A DNA stretch of 64,000 nucleotides, from assembly GCF_001447785.1 (NCBI RefSeq), contig NW_015161407.1, positions 1,456,222 through 1,520,221 of the forward strand. Reading direction: 5' to 3'. The DNA comes from Gekko japonicus. Its lineage: Eukaryota. The stretch's first letter is position 1. Each line of letters opens with the position of its first letter. Below, in pieces: positions 1-10,542 of this stretch. Under the pieces are notes generated by a model, which saw nothing but the letters and a program-made list of their open reading frames with translations, made no database searches and was not told the origin of the DNA. The translations under genes were made by a program, and so were the position numbers.

Positions 1-1174
1 CAGCCCCGCACCACCACAGGATTCTTATTGAAATCCTGAAGCCTGATGTGTGGTTTGTGCAGAGGGGGTCCCCCGTTGGGACACACTGTCCGCAACGTCT
101 CCTCTGAGATAATGGTAAACTCAGAGCCCATGTCAAGTTCCATGCTACAGGGGGACCCCTCTATCCGGACCGAAACGTGGACTTTGTTCCGGCCCTGACG
201 GGGCAAGTCTGAGGCTGGGGCTGGTGGTCGACGGCATTGGTGTCGATCGAATGAAGGTCCACAGTGTGGATGGGTTCCAACTGGTGGCTGGATTTCCTGG
301 GTGGTTGGCGACGGCCGCGGCAGACCTTGGCGATGTGGCCCTGTTTTTTGCAGGACCTGCAGACCGCGTCGCGAAAACGGCAGCTCCGGCGTTCGTGCGC
401 CTCTCCGCAGCTGGCACACGAAGCGGCTGGCTCCGATGCCCTTGCTGGCGGGGCGCCCCTCGAACGGTGAGGTTGTGGTGTCTTGCGGTGGAGTTGTGCC
501 ACTGCTTCTTCCTCGGAGTCGGCCGAATCTCCCCCAGTTTGGGTGCGGTGTACCTGATGCCCACTGTGGCCTGGATGCGAAGTTTTGAAAGCTGCCGCAT
601 CCTTTAAAGCTGTGGCTATCGTGAGGTCGTCATCCCAAATCAGGCGCCTCCTCAAATTGGCCTCTCATAGCCCTACTAAGAACTGGTTCATCAGGGTTTC
701 GTCCAGGTTGAGAAAGTCACATTTCATGGCGGCCTTCCGAAGGTTGGCCAGGAAGTCCGCAGCTTTCTCCTCGGGGCCCTGAACCTGCGCAAAAAAGTCC
801 ATGCGGGCCGCGAATTTGGAGGGCTGTGGTGCTAGATGGGCCGTGAGGGTCGCGGTGAGGGCATCGTAGCTCACCTCCTCTACCTCCTTAGGTGAGATCA
901 GGTTCTGCAACAGGAGCAGAGTGTCCATACCACACAGGCGTATGAGCTGGGACCTCTTCATATCAGCGTCGGTGACCCGCATGCAGACGAGATAGTGCTT
1001 GAGGATCCTCACCCATGTGGTCCATCGCTCGGGATGGGCCAAGTCAAACGGAGCAATGCCCTTGTGTGAGGTTCCCGCTGGGGCGGCGGTGGCGGGCCCG
1101 GAGGATGCGTTGGTCCCGGAGGATGAGGAGGTGGGAGCAGAGGTGGGAGCAGAGGTGGCGTCTTGCTCCGACAT
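1..1174 (-). pseudogene. Disrupted gag-protease ORF of the LTR element
   Basis: ORFs 665..1174 and 161..655 are one frame split by TGA at 667-665; frameshift near 200-240 before the protease; DTG motif reads DMG (ATG at 131-129). Confidence 0.88.
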
Positions 1175-1462
1175 TTTCGCGGATGCTCTTGGACGCTCGG
1201 CGAGGAAGACACGGTGAGGCCGGCGAGACGGTCAAGCGAGCTGAGCCTGAGGCGTGGCTAGGGCGGCGGCAGCGACTGGAGCGTGGAGGACGGCACTGCT
1301 GCTCGAGAGATCAGCGGTGTGCGAAGCGGAGCCAGGAGCGGAGCGATAAGCAGTTGCCGGAGAGCTGGGATGCGAAGCGGCGCGGTTCCCGGAGAGGTCT
1401 TGGCGTCGGGGCTCGGTGCGGTGCTTGAGTTGGCGTCCAGGTCTTTGTTCAAGGGGTCGTGG

Positions 1463-1480
1463 ATCCCACCTTCGTCGCCA
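1463..1480 (-). promoter_or_regulatory. Primer-binding site complementary to the tRNA-Ser(GCU) 3' end
   Basis: Plus strand ATCCCACCTTCGTCGCCA resembles vertebrate tRNA-Ser(GCU) 3' end plus CCA; 1 nt from the LTR-terminal CA. Confidence 0.85.
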
Positions 1481-1481
1481 G

Positions 1482-1829
1482 TGAAAAGTACTCAGAACGT
1501 GGAGTGATTTCAGCATGAGTACTTTTATTAGTGAAGAACAAAGACAAAGACAAGGAAACCAGTTCGCAGGCCGGTTTATATGCGTTCAGAAAACCCGCCA
1601 CCAAGTACACCTAAACACACCCCCTACTCCCGATAGGCTATTTACAGTAACCGGGCGACCACTGGTCTCCCGGCTGGGAAGCTAGCCCTTTTGATTGGGC
1701 CGGCTAGGATCCTTCGGATCCTTTGTCTTTCGACCGAAGCTACAGATAAACTGTGCCTGGCCAGCCCGGGCAAGTCCGGGCATGTCAGGCTGAATGCATT
1801 ACACGTGGTAATGGTGGCAGTACATTACA
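1482..1829 (-). repeat. 5' LTR (348 bp)
   Basis: TG...CA termini, TATA-like CATATAAA near 1574-1581, AATAAA near 1524-1529, adjacent PBS. Confidence 0.9.
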
Positions 1830-1935
1830 GTTTGCCATTACCTTCCTCTGCCGTAGTCTTCCTTAGTGGTCTCCCATCCAAGTACAGACCCTGCTTAACT
1901 TCCAAGCTCCAATCAGATCAGGCTAGTTGGGAGTA
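1830..1935 (-). mobile_element. 5S rRNA-derived SINE (5S-Sauria-like), cut by the LTR insertion
   Basis: Minus strand CTGATCT...GGAAGTTAAGCAGGGTC..GTACTTGGATGGGAGACC matches the 5S internal control region, then an RTE/Sauria-like GCAGAGGAAGGTAATGGCAAAC tail. Confidence 0.75.
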
Positions 1936-2316
1936 TTAGGGCTGCGACCAATGTTTGCTCTAATTCCCACACAAACACACACTGAGCAGAGCAGTTCACA
2001 TCCTGAGCAGAAAATAACTGATGTAATCTTAAAGTGGGCAATGGGCAGTGCAAGACCCTGTGTGACTCGACTGCTGCTGAGTGGGGCTTCCTGTGTTAAT
2101 GAGCAGCTGCTCACTTGCACAACTTAGAGGGAACACTGGTTGTGACAAGAAGGACTACACTGTAACAAAAGCTAATGTTCTAAGCAATACATCTTTGTCA
2201 CATGAGCTTATTGGCTTCAAATTTTATAGCATCACTAAAGTGAAGCATGCAGTATAAAAGGACTAACCAAGCACACAGCTTCCCCACCACCACCTTGGAA
2301 AACATGTTTTACCTAC

Positions 2317-2486
2317 CTCTAGACATTGTGTGGCATGCCACCTTAGCAAGCTTCCTGTTACCCCTACTCATTCTAACTAAAGAGCATTCCGTTAGGCTGG
2401 TCTCTATGCCTCTGCAAGTCACTTTAAGGCATTCTGATGAATTCCAGGCATCATCTGGGTGTTCAAATTCTATGCGGTCAGCCCCT
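2317..2486 (-). CDS. CFI: Complement factor I exon 4 (second half of SRCR domain)
   Basis: GADRIEFEHPDDAWNSSECLKVTCRGIETSLTECSLVRMSRGNRKLAKVACHTMSR; gcag acceptor, gtaggt donor; phases 2/1 fit exon 3. Confidence 0.93.
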
Positions 2487-4508
2487 CTGCAACATGCAAA
2501 CAAAATGTGTTGAGAACCATGTGTGTTATTTAGTTCAGACGTTAATGTCCACTGTGGACAAGGAGAGAAAATTGGTAATTTTACCCCATCTTGTAAAGCC
2601 ACCAGGCACAGAGAAGGCAAGATCAAAGGATTGGTTATCTCTAATGGAACTCAGGTTCTGATTCCATTATGTCGATAAAACTATATAGCTATGACTGTGG
2701 ATGTTTGACAAGTGCCTGTGGGAGGGGATGCATGGAGGCGTCAAGAGCTAGAAAGAGCTCAGCACTTCTAGAACGTGTGTCCCTTTGAGCCTTTAAGCCA
2801 TACTCTCTGCCCTCTCCTTCCAAGTAGATCTGACAGCCCTGTGTTTTAAGATGTGGGTGAACTGCCATCATGTAGCATTTGGGACTGAGTTACATATAGC
2901 AGCATCCTGTATAAGGCCCCATTTGGTAACTTTATCCCACTATTCCTACTGTCCGCTTGTATACCCATTCCAAAAGGACACTACATAATCTCAGAGTACA
3001 GGTGAAAGGCAGAAGGTACATCTAGTGTTGCAAACTCCAAGATGTGAAATTCCTGGAGATTTGGAGGTGGAGCCTGGGGCGGGCAGGGTATAATGCCATA
3101 GAGTCCATTCTCAAAGCTGCCATTTCTTCCAGGGGAACTGATCTCTTTAGTCCAGAGATCAGCGGTAATTCCAGATCTCCAGGCCCCACCTGGAGGTTGG
3201 CAATCCCAGGTTCATCAGCCTTACCAAACTTAGCCGCTCCTGTTTATATGGGACATCTCCTGGAAACCCTATACATGCTGCTTTGGGTTTCATGGTGGAG
3301 GAAAGGAAAAAATATACATTAAGTAATGTATTTATTTGTCATAGAGAGTGCTGACAGTTTTTTCACAGACACAAAAATATACTTAGTATAGTAGGCAGGC
3401 AAATAACTATTACAGTGCCATCTTAAGCAGAGTTACACCCTTGAGGTCCATTGAGTTCAATGGGCAGAGAAAGGTGTACTTCTCCTTGGGGTGACAGGGT
3501 AAGGGTCAAACTCCACAAGACAATTTTTAACAAGTCAGGTCCAGGTTCCCTGGTATAGTTTGGCCCTTAATTCCTCTTCTTCATCAGTTTCTGTATAGTG
3601 GGATGGATTTTGAGTTACTACATTTTATGCTGATGTCACTAAAAACCCACTGAAAAGTACAGCTCTGGATTTCGTGACCACTATGATAGTACTTACCATT
3701 TGGGGTTCCACAAAGGTACATCTTGTCCTCCTGGCTCCTTATCACCTCCATGGACCATGATTTGCCATCAATAAGCTAACCATTTTGAGCTAAATAAGAA
3801 ATTCTAATGATAGCTTTTCTAGACCAGTGAATGATATTATAATTAAAAAGTCAGATAATAGTTTAAAAAATCAAGTTGTACTGTGCCGAAGACTACCCAA
3901 ATTTACATAAGAACGACCCTGTTGGTCCAAACCAGTGGTCCAGCATCCTGCTTCACACAGTAGCCAACCAGTTACTCTGGAGGCCAACAACAAATTTACA
4001 GCGTGATTTCAGTATATGAACATAAGAAGCTGCCTTATATTGAATCAAACACTATTAGTCCAACAGTGCCAGTACCTTTTATTCTGACTTTCAGTAGCTT
4101 TCCAGGTTTCTAGGGAAAGTTCATTCCCTCCAATATGCAACTTGAAATGCTTTAATTGGAGGTTCTGGGGATTGAACCTGGGAACATATGCATGCAGAGA
4201 CTACGCATGGACCAACCAGCTTCCCTACTGGTTGAACCAAAAAGTTATTCTGGGGATCATGTGACCCGCATGAACAAAAGCAATGTGGAATGGGAGCTGA
4301 GATGAGGAAAGAACTTGCCACAATTGAGTTTGAAAGCTATCTGTAGCCAACCCTGTGCTCACCACTGAACTATGGCCTAGCCCTTGTAATTTGGCATAGT
4401 TCTGCTACAGAGGTCTTTACAAATGCTGGTTCTTTGCTAAACAGTGGCACCCTCTTTAAATGTCATATTTATGAGAATAATTTGTTTTTCCCTTTCACAT
4501 GATCTTAC

Positions 4509-4653
4509 TCTAGGAAATGAAGATGCCTGCAGACCACATTTGCTTCATTCATGCCCCATCCTTGCCGGCAAATAAACATCTTCTGGGAATTTACTTCGAC
4601 TTCAATGAATCTCTCTGATGCATTTTCTGGCTTCAAGAAAACTTCAAAGTTGT
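4509..4653 (-). CDS. CFI: Complement factor I exon 3 (first half of SRCR domain)
   Basis: Hand translation DNFEVFLKPENASERFIEVEVNSQKMFICRQGWGMNEANVVCRHLHFL; ttctag acceptor, gtaaga donor. Confidence 0.92.
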
Positions 4654-5208
4654 CTAGAAGGCAAAATGAAACTTGCTAACACTTCTGTTCAGCTACAAAG
4701 CTTACCAGCATGTGACATTCTCACTGTGGCAATTTTAAAAAATGAAAAACGCCCTTGGAGCATGAGCCATTTTAATTCAATTTTAATTTCACTGTAATCT
4801 TCAGCCAAAAAGTCATAACTTTTTTTTAACATAAAAGCAAACAAAATGTGGCAATGCAGATTTTGGCCATAGTTCTGGAAACTTATGGAACCAACGTAAC
4901 CTAAACACTCATGATAACAACATACTGCATTTGATTAAACAAAGTTATGTATAGTTTGCCACTGCAAAGTGAACACAAAACCCCAGTAAACTTGCATTTC
5001 TCATTTAAAGAGGAATTCAGTTTTTGATTAATCAAAGCATTCAGGTTCTTGTCTTAAAAAGAAACTGCCAGATGTCCCTTACTATGTTCTAGGATTTTTA
5101 AGACCATATCCTGCAGACATTACAGAATAACTGGGAGACCAGTTAATGCCAGTACGCTTGAGCTTCCCATCCTTGTCACTATCAATGACAGAGCTACAAC
5201 ATTCATAC

Positions 5209-5515
5209 CTTGAAGTTTACAGCTTCCTATGCTTCTAAATTTGCTCTTGGAACGTTGACATTCATAGCTCTTTAGTTGACAGTAAGTTCGAAAAGTCCTT
5301 CCCTCAGCAGAGCAAACTGAGGTGCCATTCCTTGGGCATTGATAGGGTAGCTTACAGGAACAGGTACCATCCATACACCTTTGCCAGGGCTGGCAAAAAA
5401 CTTTGCTGCAAGAATTAACCGTATAGCTCTTATTTAGACATTCTTCTATCAAATAATTTTCTTGCTGATCTAGTGGAGCTTGCTGGGTAGGCTTCTTTCG
5501 GCTCGTAGGTTTACC
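5209..5515 (-). CDS. CFI: Complement factor I exon 2 (FIMAC domain)
   Basis: CLNKSYTVNSCSKVFCQPWQRCMDGTCSCKLPYQCPRNGTSVCSAEGRTFRTYCQLKSYEC; tacag acceptor, gtatga donor. Confidence 0.96.
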
Positions 5516-5769
5516 CTGTAAGGGGAAAAAAATGCTTCTAGCAGTAATCCAAGCAGAGGATTTGCCCCTGTCCAAATCCATAGAAATCAATGGTCTCAGA
5601 AGGCTGTAACTATACTTAGGATTGCACTGGAAATAGCACATAACTTAAACCAGTTAGGTTTTTCTTACAGTTCCTAACAATTAATTAATAAAACATATTA
5701 CAGATAAAATGTGTTTTATCTAAAAATGATTTTATCTATAAATGATTTTATCTAAAATAAAATTCTTAC

Positions 5770-5832
5770 CTTTACTGCATAAGTGCAAAGAAATAAGGAT
5801 AAAATGAACATGAGGACTGTTAATAGTCTCAT
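5770..5832 (-). CDS. CFI: Complement factor I exon 1 (signal peptide)
   Basis: MRLLTVLMFILSLFLCTYAVK, then gtaaga donor in phase 0 matching exon 2. Confidence 0.9.
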
Positions 5833-5899
5833 GATGAAGGGTATCTTGCTGTCTATTTAGATCTTCTTTCCTTGCAGTTTTTCCCAGCCTCTGACTTCT

Positions 5900-6300
5900 C
5901 GATGTGTTTAATTTTTAACCACTAGTAAAATATTTAAAAATTGTTTTGAAAGGTACCTCCTTGTGGACTGATGGTTCTGAACTCTGAGAGGACTGTGTCT
6001 CAGTTTAGCCTAGCTGACTGTAACTGCGGAAAAGATAAGACCCCAATAGGAATGTACCGGTCTGTCTGCCCAACTCTCACACCTCTCACACCCTTTAAGA
6101 GCTTCACACTGTAGCAACTGTACATAGGAACCTCTTTAGACCAGCTGCTGTGGACAAATGAAAATGTCCTCTCTGCTCTGCCAAGGAGGCTCATATTTCA
6201 AGGTTCTTTTGGTCAGTTGCTCAATTTCCCGGCACATGGATTAAAAAAGCATTGTGTGCTTAGTTCTGGGACTGCCCATTTCTGGGAAGAGTATTAACTA
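5900..6300 (-). promoter_or_regulatory. Candidate CFI promoter with HNF1-, C/EBP- and STAT-like motifs
   Basis: HNF1-like GTTAAAAATTAAAC (5919-5906), TTGCTCAA (6217-6224), TTCTGGGAA (6280-6288); motif matches only. Confidence 0.4.
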
Positions 6301-6515
6301 AATCAACAAAAAAAAATATCTAGTATATCTTATTCCTAATGCTGAAAAATCAACAAATAATAGGCTCTTGTACACACATTCCTAAAACCTTAATACATCA
6401 CAATAAATAACCTTTTATTCTGACCTACTGAGACTTCAGGCTGGATTCCTAAAAACCTTTTCCTGGGAGTAAGCCCCACTGAATACAGTAAGTCTTAACT
6501 ACAAGTAGATGTGCT

Positions 6516-6713
6516 TAAGGTTGCCAACCTCCAGGTGGGGCCTGGAGTTCTCCTGCAATTGTAACTGATCTCCAGACTACAGGAATCAGTTCTTCTGGAG
6601 GAAACAGTAGCTTTGGAGGGTGGACTCTGTACCATCACATCTCTGCTTTGATCTCTCACGTGGCATTACCCCCAAATCTCCAGGAATTTTCCAAGCTGCA
6701 GTTGGCAACCCTA
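6516..6713. mobile_element. TAGGGTTGCC-TIR hAT-type MITE
   Basis: taaggttgccaac...gttggcaacccta ends; body shared with many copies in the window (also near 3022-3210, 27870-28080, 29084-29302, 31885-32096, 41537-41739, 53882-54095, 58530-59073). Confidence 0.75.
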
Positions 6714-6967
6714 GGTTGCTCCCATAAGTGTCGGCTATCAAATAGTGGCAGGGGACAAAGATGCCCACCAAAGCATGTACTGGAAAATGCACACTAAATG
6801 GGCATTCTGGACACCCTATTGATAGAGCTGGAGTGAAATCTAGTGGAAAAAATTCTTTGTAATGTCTAGCCAGGCCATGAGTCTGCACATTCAATAACAT
6901 TCATATTGTACATTGCCTGATCTTTTTCAGAGTTAACCTGAAATATGTGGGGGACATCTTATTTATA

Positions 6968-7677
6968 TAGATCAGCCAATATCATAATGCCCCTATATAA
7001 ATCAATGGCGCGACCTCATCTGGAATACTGTGTGCAGTTCTGGTCACCACACCTTAAAAAGGATATTATAGTTTTGGAAAAAGTGCAGAAAAGGGCTACT
7101 CGAATGATAAAAGGGTTGGAACACTTTCCCTATGAGGAAAGGTTAAAGCGCTTAGGGCTCTTTAGCTTGGAGAAACAACGGCTGAGGGGTGACATGATTG
7201 AGGTTTATAAGATTATGCATGGGAAAGAGCAGGTAGAGAAAGAGGTACTTTTCTCCCTTTCTTACAATACAAGAACTCGTGGGCACTCCATGAGATTGCT
7301 GAGCGGTCGGGTTAGAACGGATAAGAGGAAGTACTTCTTCACCCAAAGAGTGATTAACACTTGGAATTCACTGCCACAGGAAGTGGTGGCAGCTACAAAC
7401 ATGGACGGCTTCAAAAGGGAATTAGATAAGCATATGGAGCAGAGGTCCATCAGTGGCTATTAGCCACAAGGTATAGATAGGGACTCTGGGGCAAGTGATG
7501 CTCTGTCATCTTGGGGCTTGGAGGGGTCAACAGTGGGAGGGCTTCTAATGTCCTGGCCCCACTGGTGGACCTCCTGATGACACTGGTATTTCTGGCCACT
7601 GTGTGATACAGAGTGTTGGACTGGATGGGCCTTTGGCCTGATCCAACATTGGCATCTCTTATGTTCTTATGTTCTTA
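6968..7677 (+). mobile_element. CR1 LINE 3' fragment
   Basis: ORF2 C-terminus RPHLEYCVQFWSPHLKKDI...LEKVQKRATRMI; CR1 3' UTR ending (TTATGTTC)n. Confidence 0.95.
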
Positions 7678-8262
7678 GATGCAAGGTGGTTGTTGTTTTT
7701 AACTTCAGATCCCTAGCATACCCTCCAACATTTCACAGGTAAAAAACAACATGCTTCTAACATCCCTCTTACCATAGCCCATATCTATATGCTACACTCA
7801 TTTCCTCTACAGTAGTTTCAACTTTATTGATTTTACATCCAAGAAGACATTAGGTATTGTTTAAATTTGCCACAGACTGCAACAAGCGAAACATCAGACT
7901 GTGTATTGCAAAAAGGACTTGAGCATTCATGCACAATAATGTGCATGTGTGGCACAGACAAGATGTATCCCTTCCATATAGGCAGATTTAACTTCTAGAG
8001 CTCAGAGTTCCTAGAGATGAAACCTGAAGCACCACCACAGTAGCAAGTCACGCTAATAACAATTTAGCCAAGCACTGCCAAAAGGCAAAAATAAGTACAT
8101 AATTGGGGCATATAAGGTACCAAGTAGAGCTGCAAGAAAACCAGGACTGTCCTTGCTAAATAGGGGAAATTGGAATATATGCTCCAGTTCTTAATATGCT
8201 GACTTGGAAGCAAGATTTACTGCAATTCTGGATGCCGAGTTCAGGTTTAAATAAAGGAAATT

Positions 8263-8539
8263 TGTTATGTACGTGGACCACCTCCAGGGGTCCGCGGAAA
8301 GGCCAGAGCTTGGATCTGAGAACAAAAGAAACTTCGGATCCTGGATTCCCCAGCCCCAACCAATAGCCACCTTGGCGGGACATTCAAACCCTCCAATGGG
8401 AGTGGGTGTGTGTGTTGGTGGATATGTATATAGTTGGCCCTGTGGGCCGTTAGAGTTAGTCTTTGTGTTAAGTACAATAAACGTGTGCTACAGTATGTCG
8501 TCGTCCGAGTCCTCCATGCAGCGAACCCAGTACTTTTCA
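8263..8539 (+). mobile_element. Solo LTR related to the Gypsy LTR at 1482-1829
   Basis: TGTTATGTAC...GTACTTTTCA termini, internal AATAAA, 5-bp TSD AAATT (8258-8262 and 8540-8544). Confidence 0.88.
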
Positions 8540-8744
8540 AAATTCTTTCCCCAAACTGCATAAAACTACATATCAGAAAGGAAACCATCCACATTCTTCC
8601 AGTATTTCCTGGTAGGATCATGCAATAAATTGCAATGCAATAAATTATTTTAATAATAGTAAAAAGAGTAAATAGTAAATTTGCATTCCTTGTTCTGCCA
8701 ATACACATACACACTCCTGTGATTTATTTTGAATAATATATTTG

Positions 8745-9309
8745 TAAGTTGACCTGGTTGATGCCCGTAATGGAGAGTCCCAGGGCCTCGAACCATGCGA
8801 GTCCCAGCAAGCTGGAGAGAGGCCGGTCCACAACCAGTAGGTCCAGTTGGCCCTTGAAGCCTTGAAACTGGACCCTGAACTTGCCCCAGCCCAACACCGC
8901 TACGGGGTTCTTGTTAAAGTCCCGTAGCCGGAAACCCCGTGACTTCTGTAGCGGTGGCCCCCCCTTTGGACACAACGAGCGGAGCGTATCCGCGGATATG
9001 ATGGAGTAGGTTGACCCGGTGTCGATCTCCATGGTGCAGGGGCCTCCCTCTATGAGGACCGTCACATGCAATTTGTTGGGGCCGTCGGGGGGCAAGTTAC
9101 AGACCTGGTTTTGCAAGAAGTGGGACGACACGGTGTGGAGCTCGAAGGGCGGTTCCGCGGTGGTCTGGTGTGCCGCCGATCTCGGGCGTTGTCCCTTTGC
9201 CCGGCAGACCTTTGCGATGTGCCCGGCCTTGTTGCAGGAACGGCAGACCGCGTTTCGGAAACGGCACAACTTGCGCTCGTGGTCCTCTCCGCAGCTGGCA
9301 CACAGGATT
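8745..9309 (-). mobile_element. Second Gypsy/Mag-like internal fragment (gag knuckles and aspartic protease), truncated after the protease and running into the gap
   Basis: CASCGEDHERKLC...CRSCNKAGHIAKVC...MEIDTGSTYSIIS...LLGLAWFEALG in one open frame. Confidence 0.92.
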
Positions 9310-9844
9310 NNNNNNNNNNNNNNNNNNNNNNNNNNNNNNNNNNNNNNNNNNNNNNNNNNNNNNNNNNNNNNNNNNNNNNNNNNNNNNNNNNNNNNNNNNN
9401 NNNNNNNNNNNNNNNNNNNNNNNNNNNNNNNNNNNNNNNNNNNNNNNNNNNNNNNNNNNNNNNNNNNNNNNNNNNNNNNNNNNNNNNNNNNNNNNNNNNN
9501 NNNNNNNNNNNNNNNNNNNNNNNNNNNNNNNNNNNNNNNNNNNNNNNNNNNNNNNNNNNNNNNNNNNNNNNNNNNNNNNNNNNNNNNNNNNNNNNNNNNN
9601 NNNNNNNNNNNNNNNNNNNNNNNNNNNNNNNNNNNNNNNNNNNNNNNNNNNNNNNNNNNNNNNNNNNNNNNNNNNNNNNNNNNNNNNNNNNNNNNNNNNN
9701 NNNNNNNNNNNNNNNNNNNNNNNNNNNNNNNNNNNNNNNNNNNNNNNNNNNNNNNNNNNNNNNNNNNNNNNNNNNNNNNNNNNNNNNNNNNNNNNNNNNN
9801 NNNNNNNNNNNNNNNNNNNNNNNNNNNNNNNNNNNNNNNNNNNN
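9310..9844. other. Assembly gap (535 N)
   Basis: Run of N; ORFs spanning it are artefacts. Confidence 1.
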
Positions 9845-10016
9845 ACCAGAACCGCGCTTTGGACCAGCACACCGCATATGTCCCCTCGAAGTGGAGAGTC
9901 CTGTGAATGTGGGGGTATATGATATGTGATGGTCCAAACTTTATTTTGGGGTTCAGAGCTTTCCAACTCACTCTCTCTAGTGTTTCTGAATGACTACACG
10001 AATACGAATAAGTAAC

Positions 10017-10542
10017 GAATAAGGAATGAATAAGGAAGTGCGAATAAGGAACCAACTTCAGCCTCCTCAGTGATAAGGCAAATTACTGACAAGTCAGCTG
10101 ATTTGTTCTAAAGGAAACACAACCACACTGTTTTGTGTACTGCCCTTTAATTCTTCTTCAGAACACCATCCGAGAACAGTGATGGTGGCCATCACTTTTT
10201 AAAGAGCCCCTCCCGAGAGCCAGAATGACCTCTTGCATGTGATGTCCGAGCAGCGTTGCCGCTCGGACATCACACGCGAGAATAAGGAATGAATAAGGAA
10301 GTGCGAATAAGGAACCAACTTCAGCCTCCTCAGTGATAAGGCAAATTACTGACAAGTCAGCTGATTTGTTCTAAAGGAAACACAACCACACTGTTTTGTG
10401 TACTGCCCTTTAATTCTTCTTCAGAACACCATCCGAGAACAGTGATGGTGGCCATCACTTTTTAAAGAGCCCCTCCCGAGAGCCAGAATGACCTCTTGCA
10501 TGTGATGTCCGAGCAGCGTTGCCGCTCGGACATCACACGCGA
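10017..10542. repeat. Tandem duplication, 2 x 263 bp
   Basis: 10017-10279 and 10280-10542 appear identical. Confidence 0.9.

Larger units (their letters stand above)
1..1829 (-). mobile_element. Gypsy/Ty3 (Mag-like) LTR retrotransposon, 5' part (LTR, PBS, gag, protease); continues off the left edge; lies in CFI intron 4
   Basis: LTR 1829-1482 bounded by TGTAATGTA...TACTTTTCA; PBS TGGCGACGAAGGTGGGAT; gag with double Cys/His knuckle [13 protein letters not shown]...[14 protein letters not shown]; protease-like [25 protein letters not shown]; CpG-rich. Confidence 0.93.

Noticed and set aside
145-1516. Many overlapping and antisense ORFs over the Gypsy element
   Set aside because: Shadow ORFs of GC-rich retrotransposon sequence with no recognisable domains
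1830-1935. 5S rRNA gene
   Set aside because: Partial, diverged and joined to a SINE tail
6945-7463. 172-aa ORF (and the 185-aa ORF at 56331-56888) as host genes
   Set aside because: Both are CR1 ORF2 C-terminal remnants
8724-10055. Long ORFs of 250-443 aa in six frames
   Set aside because: They run through the 535-N gap; only the gag-protease part is real
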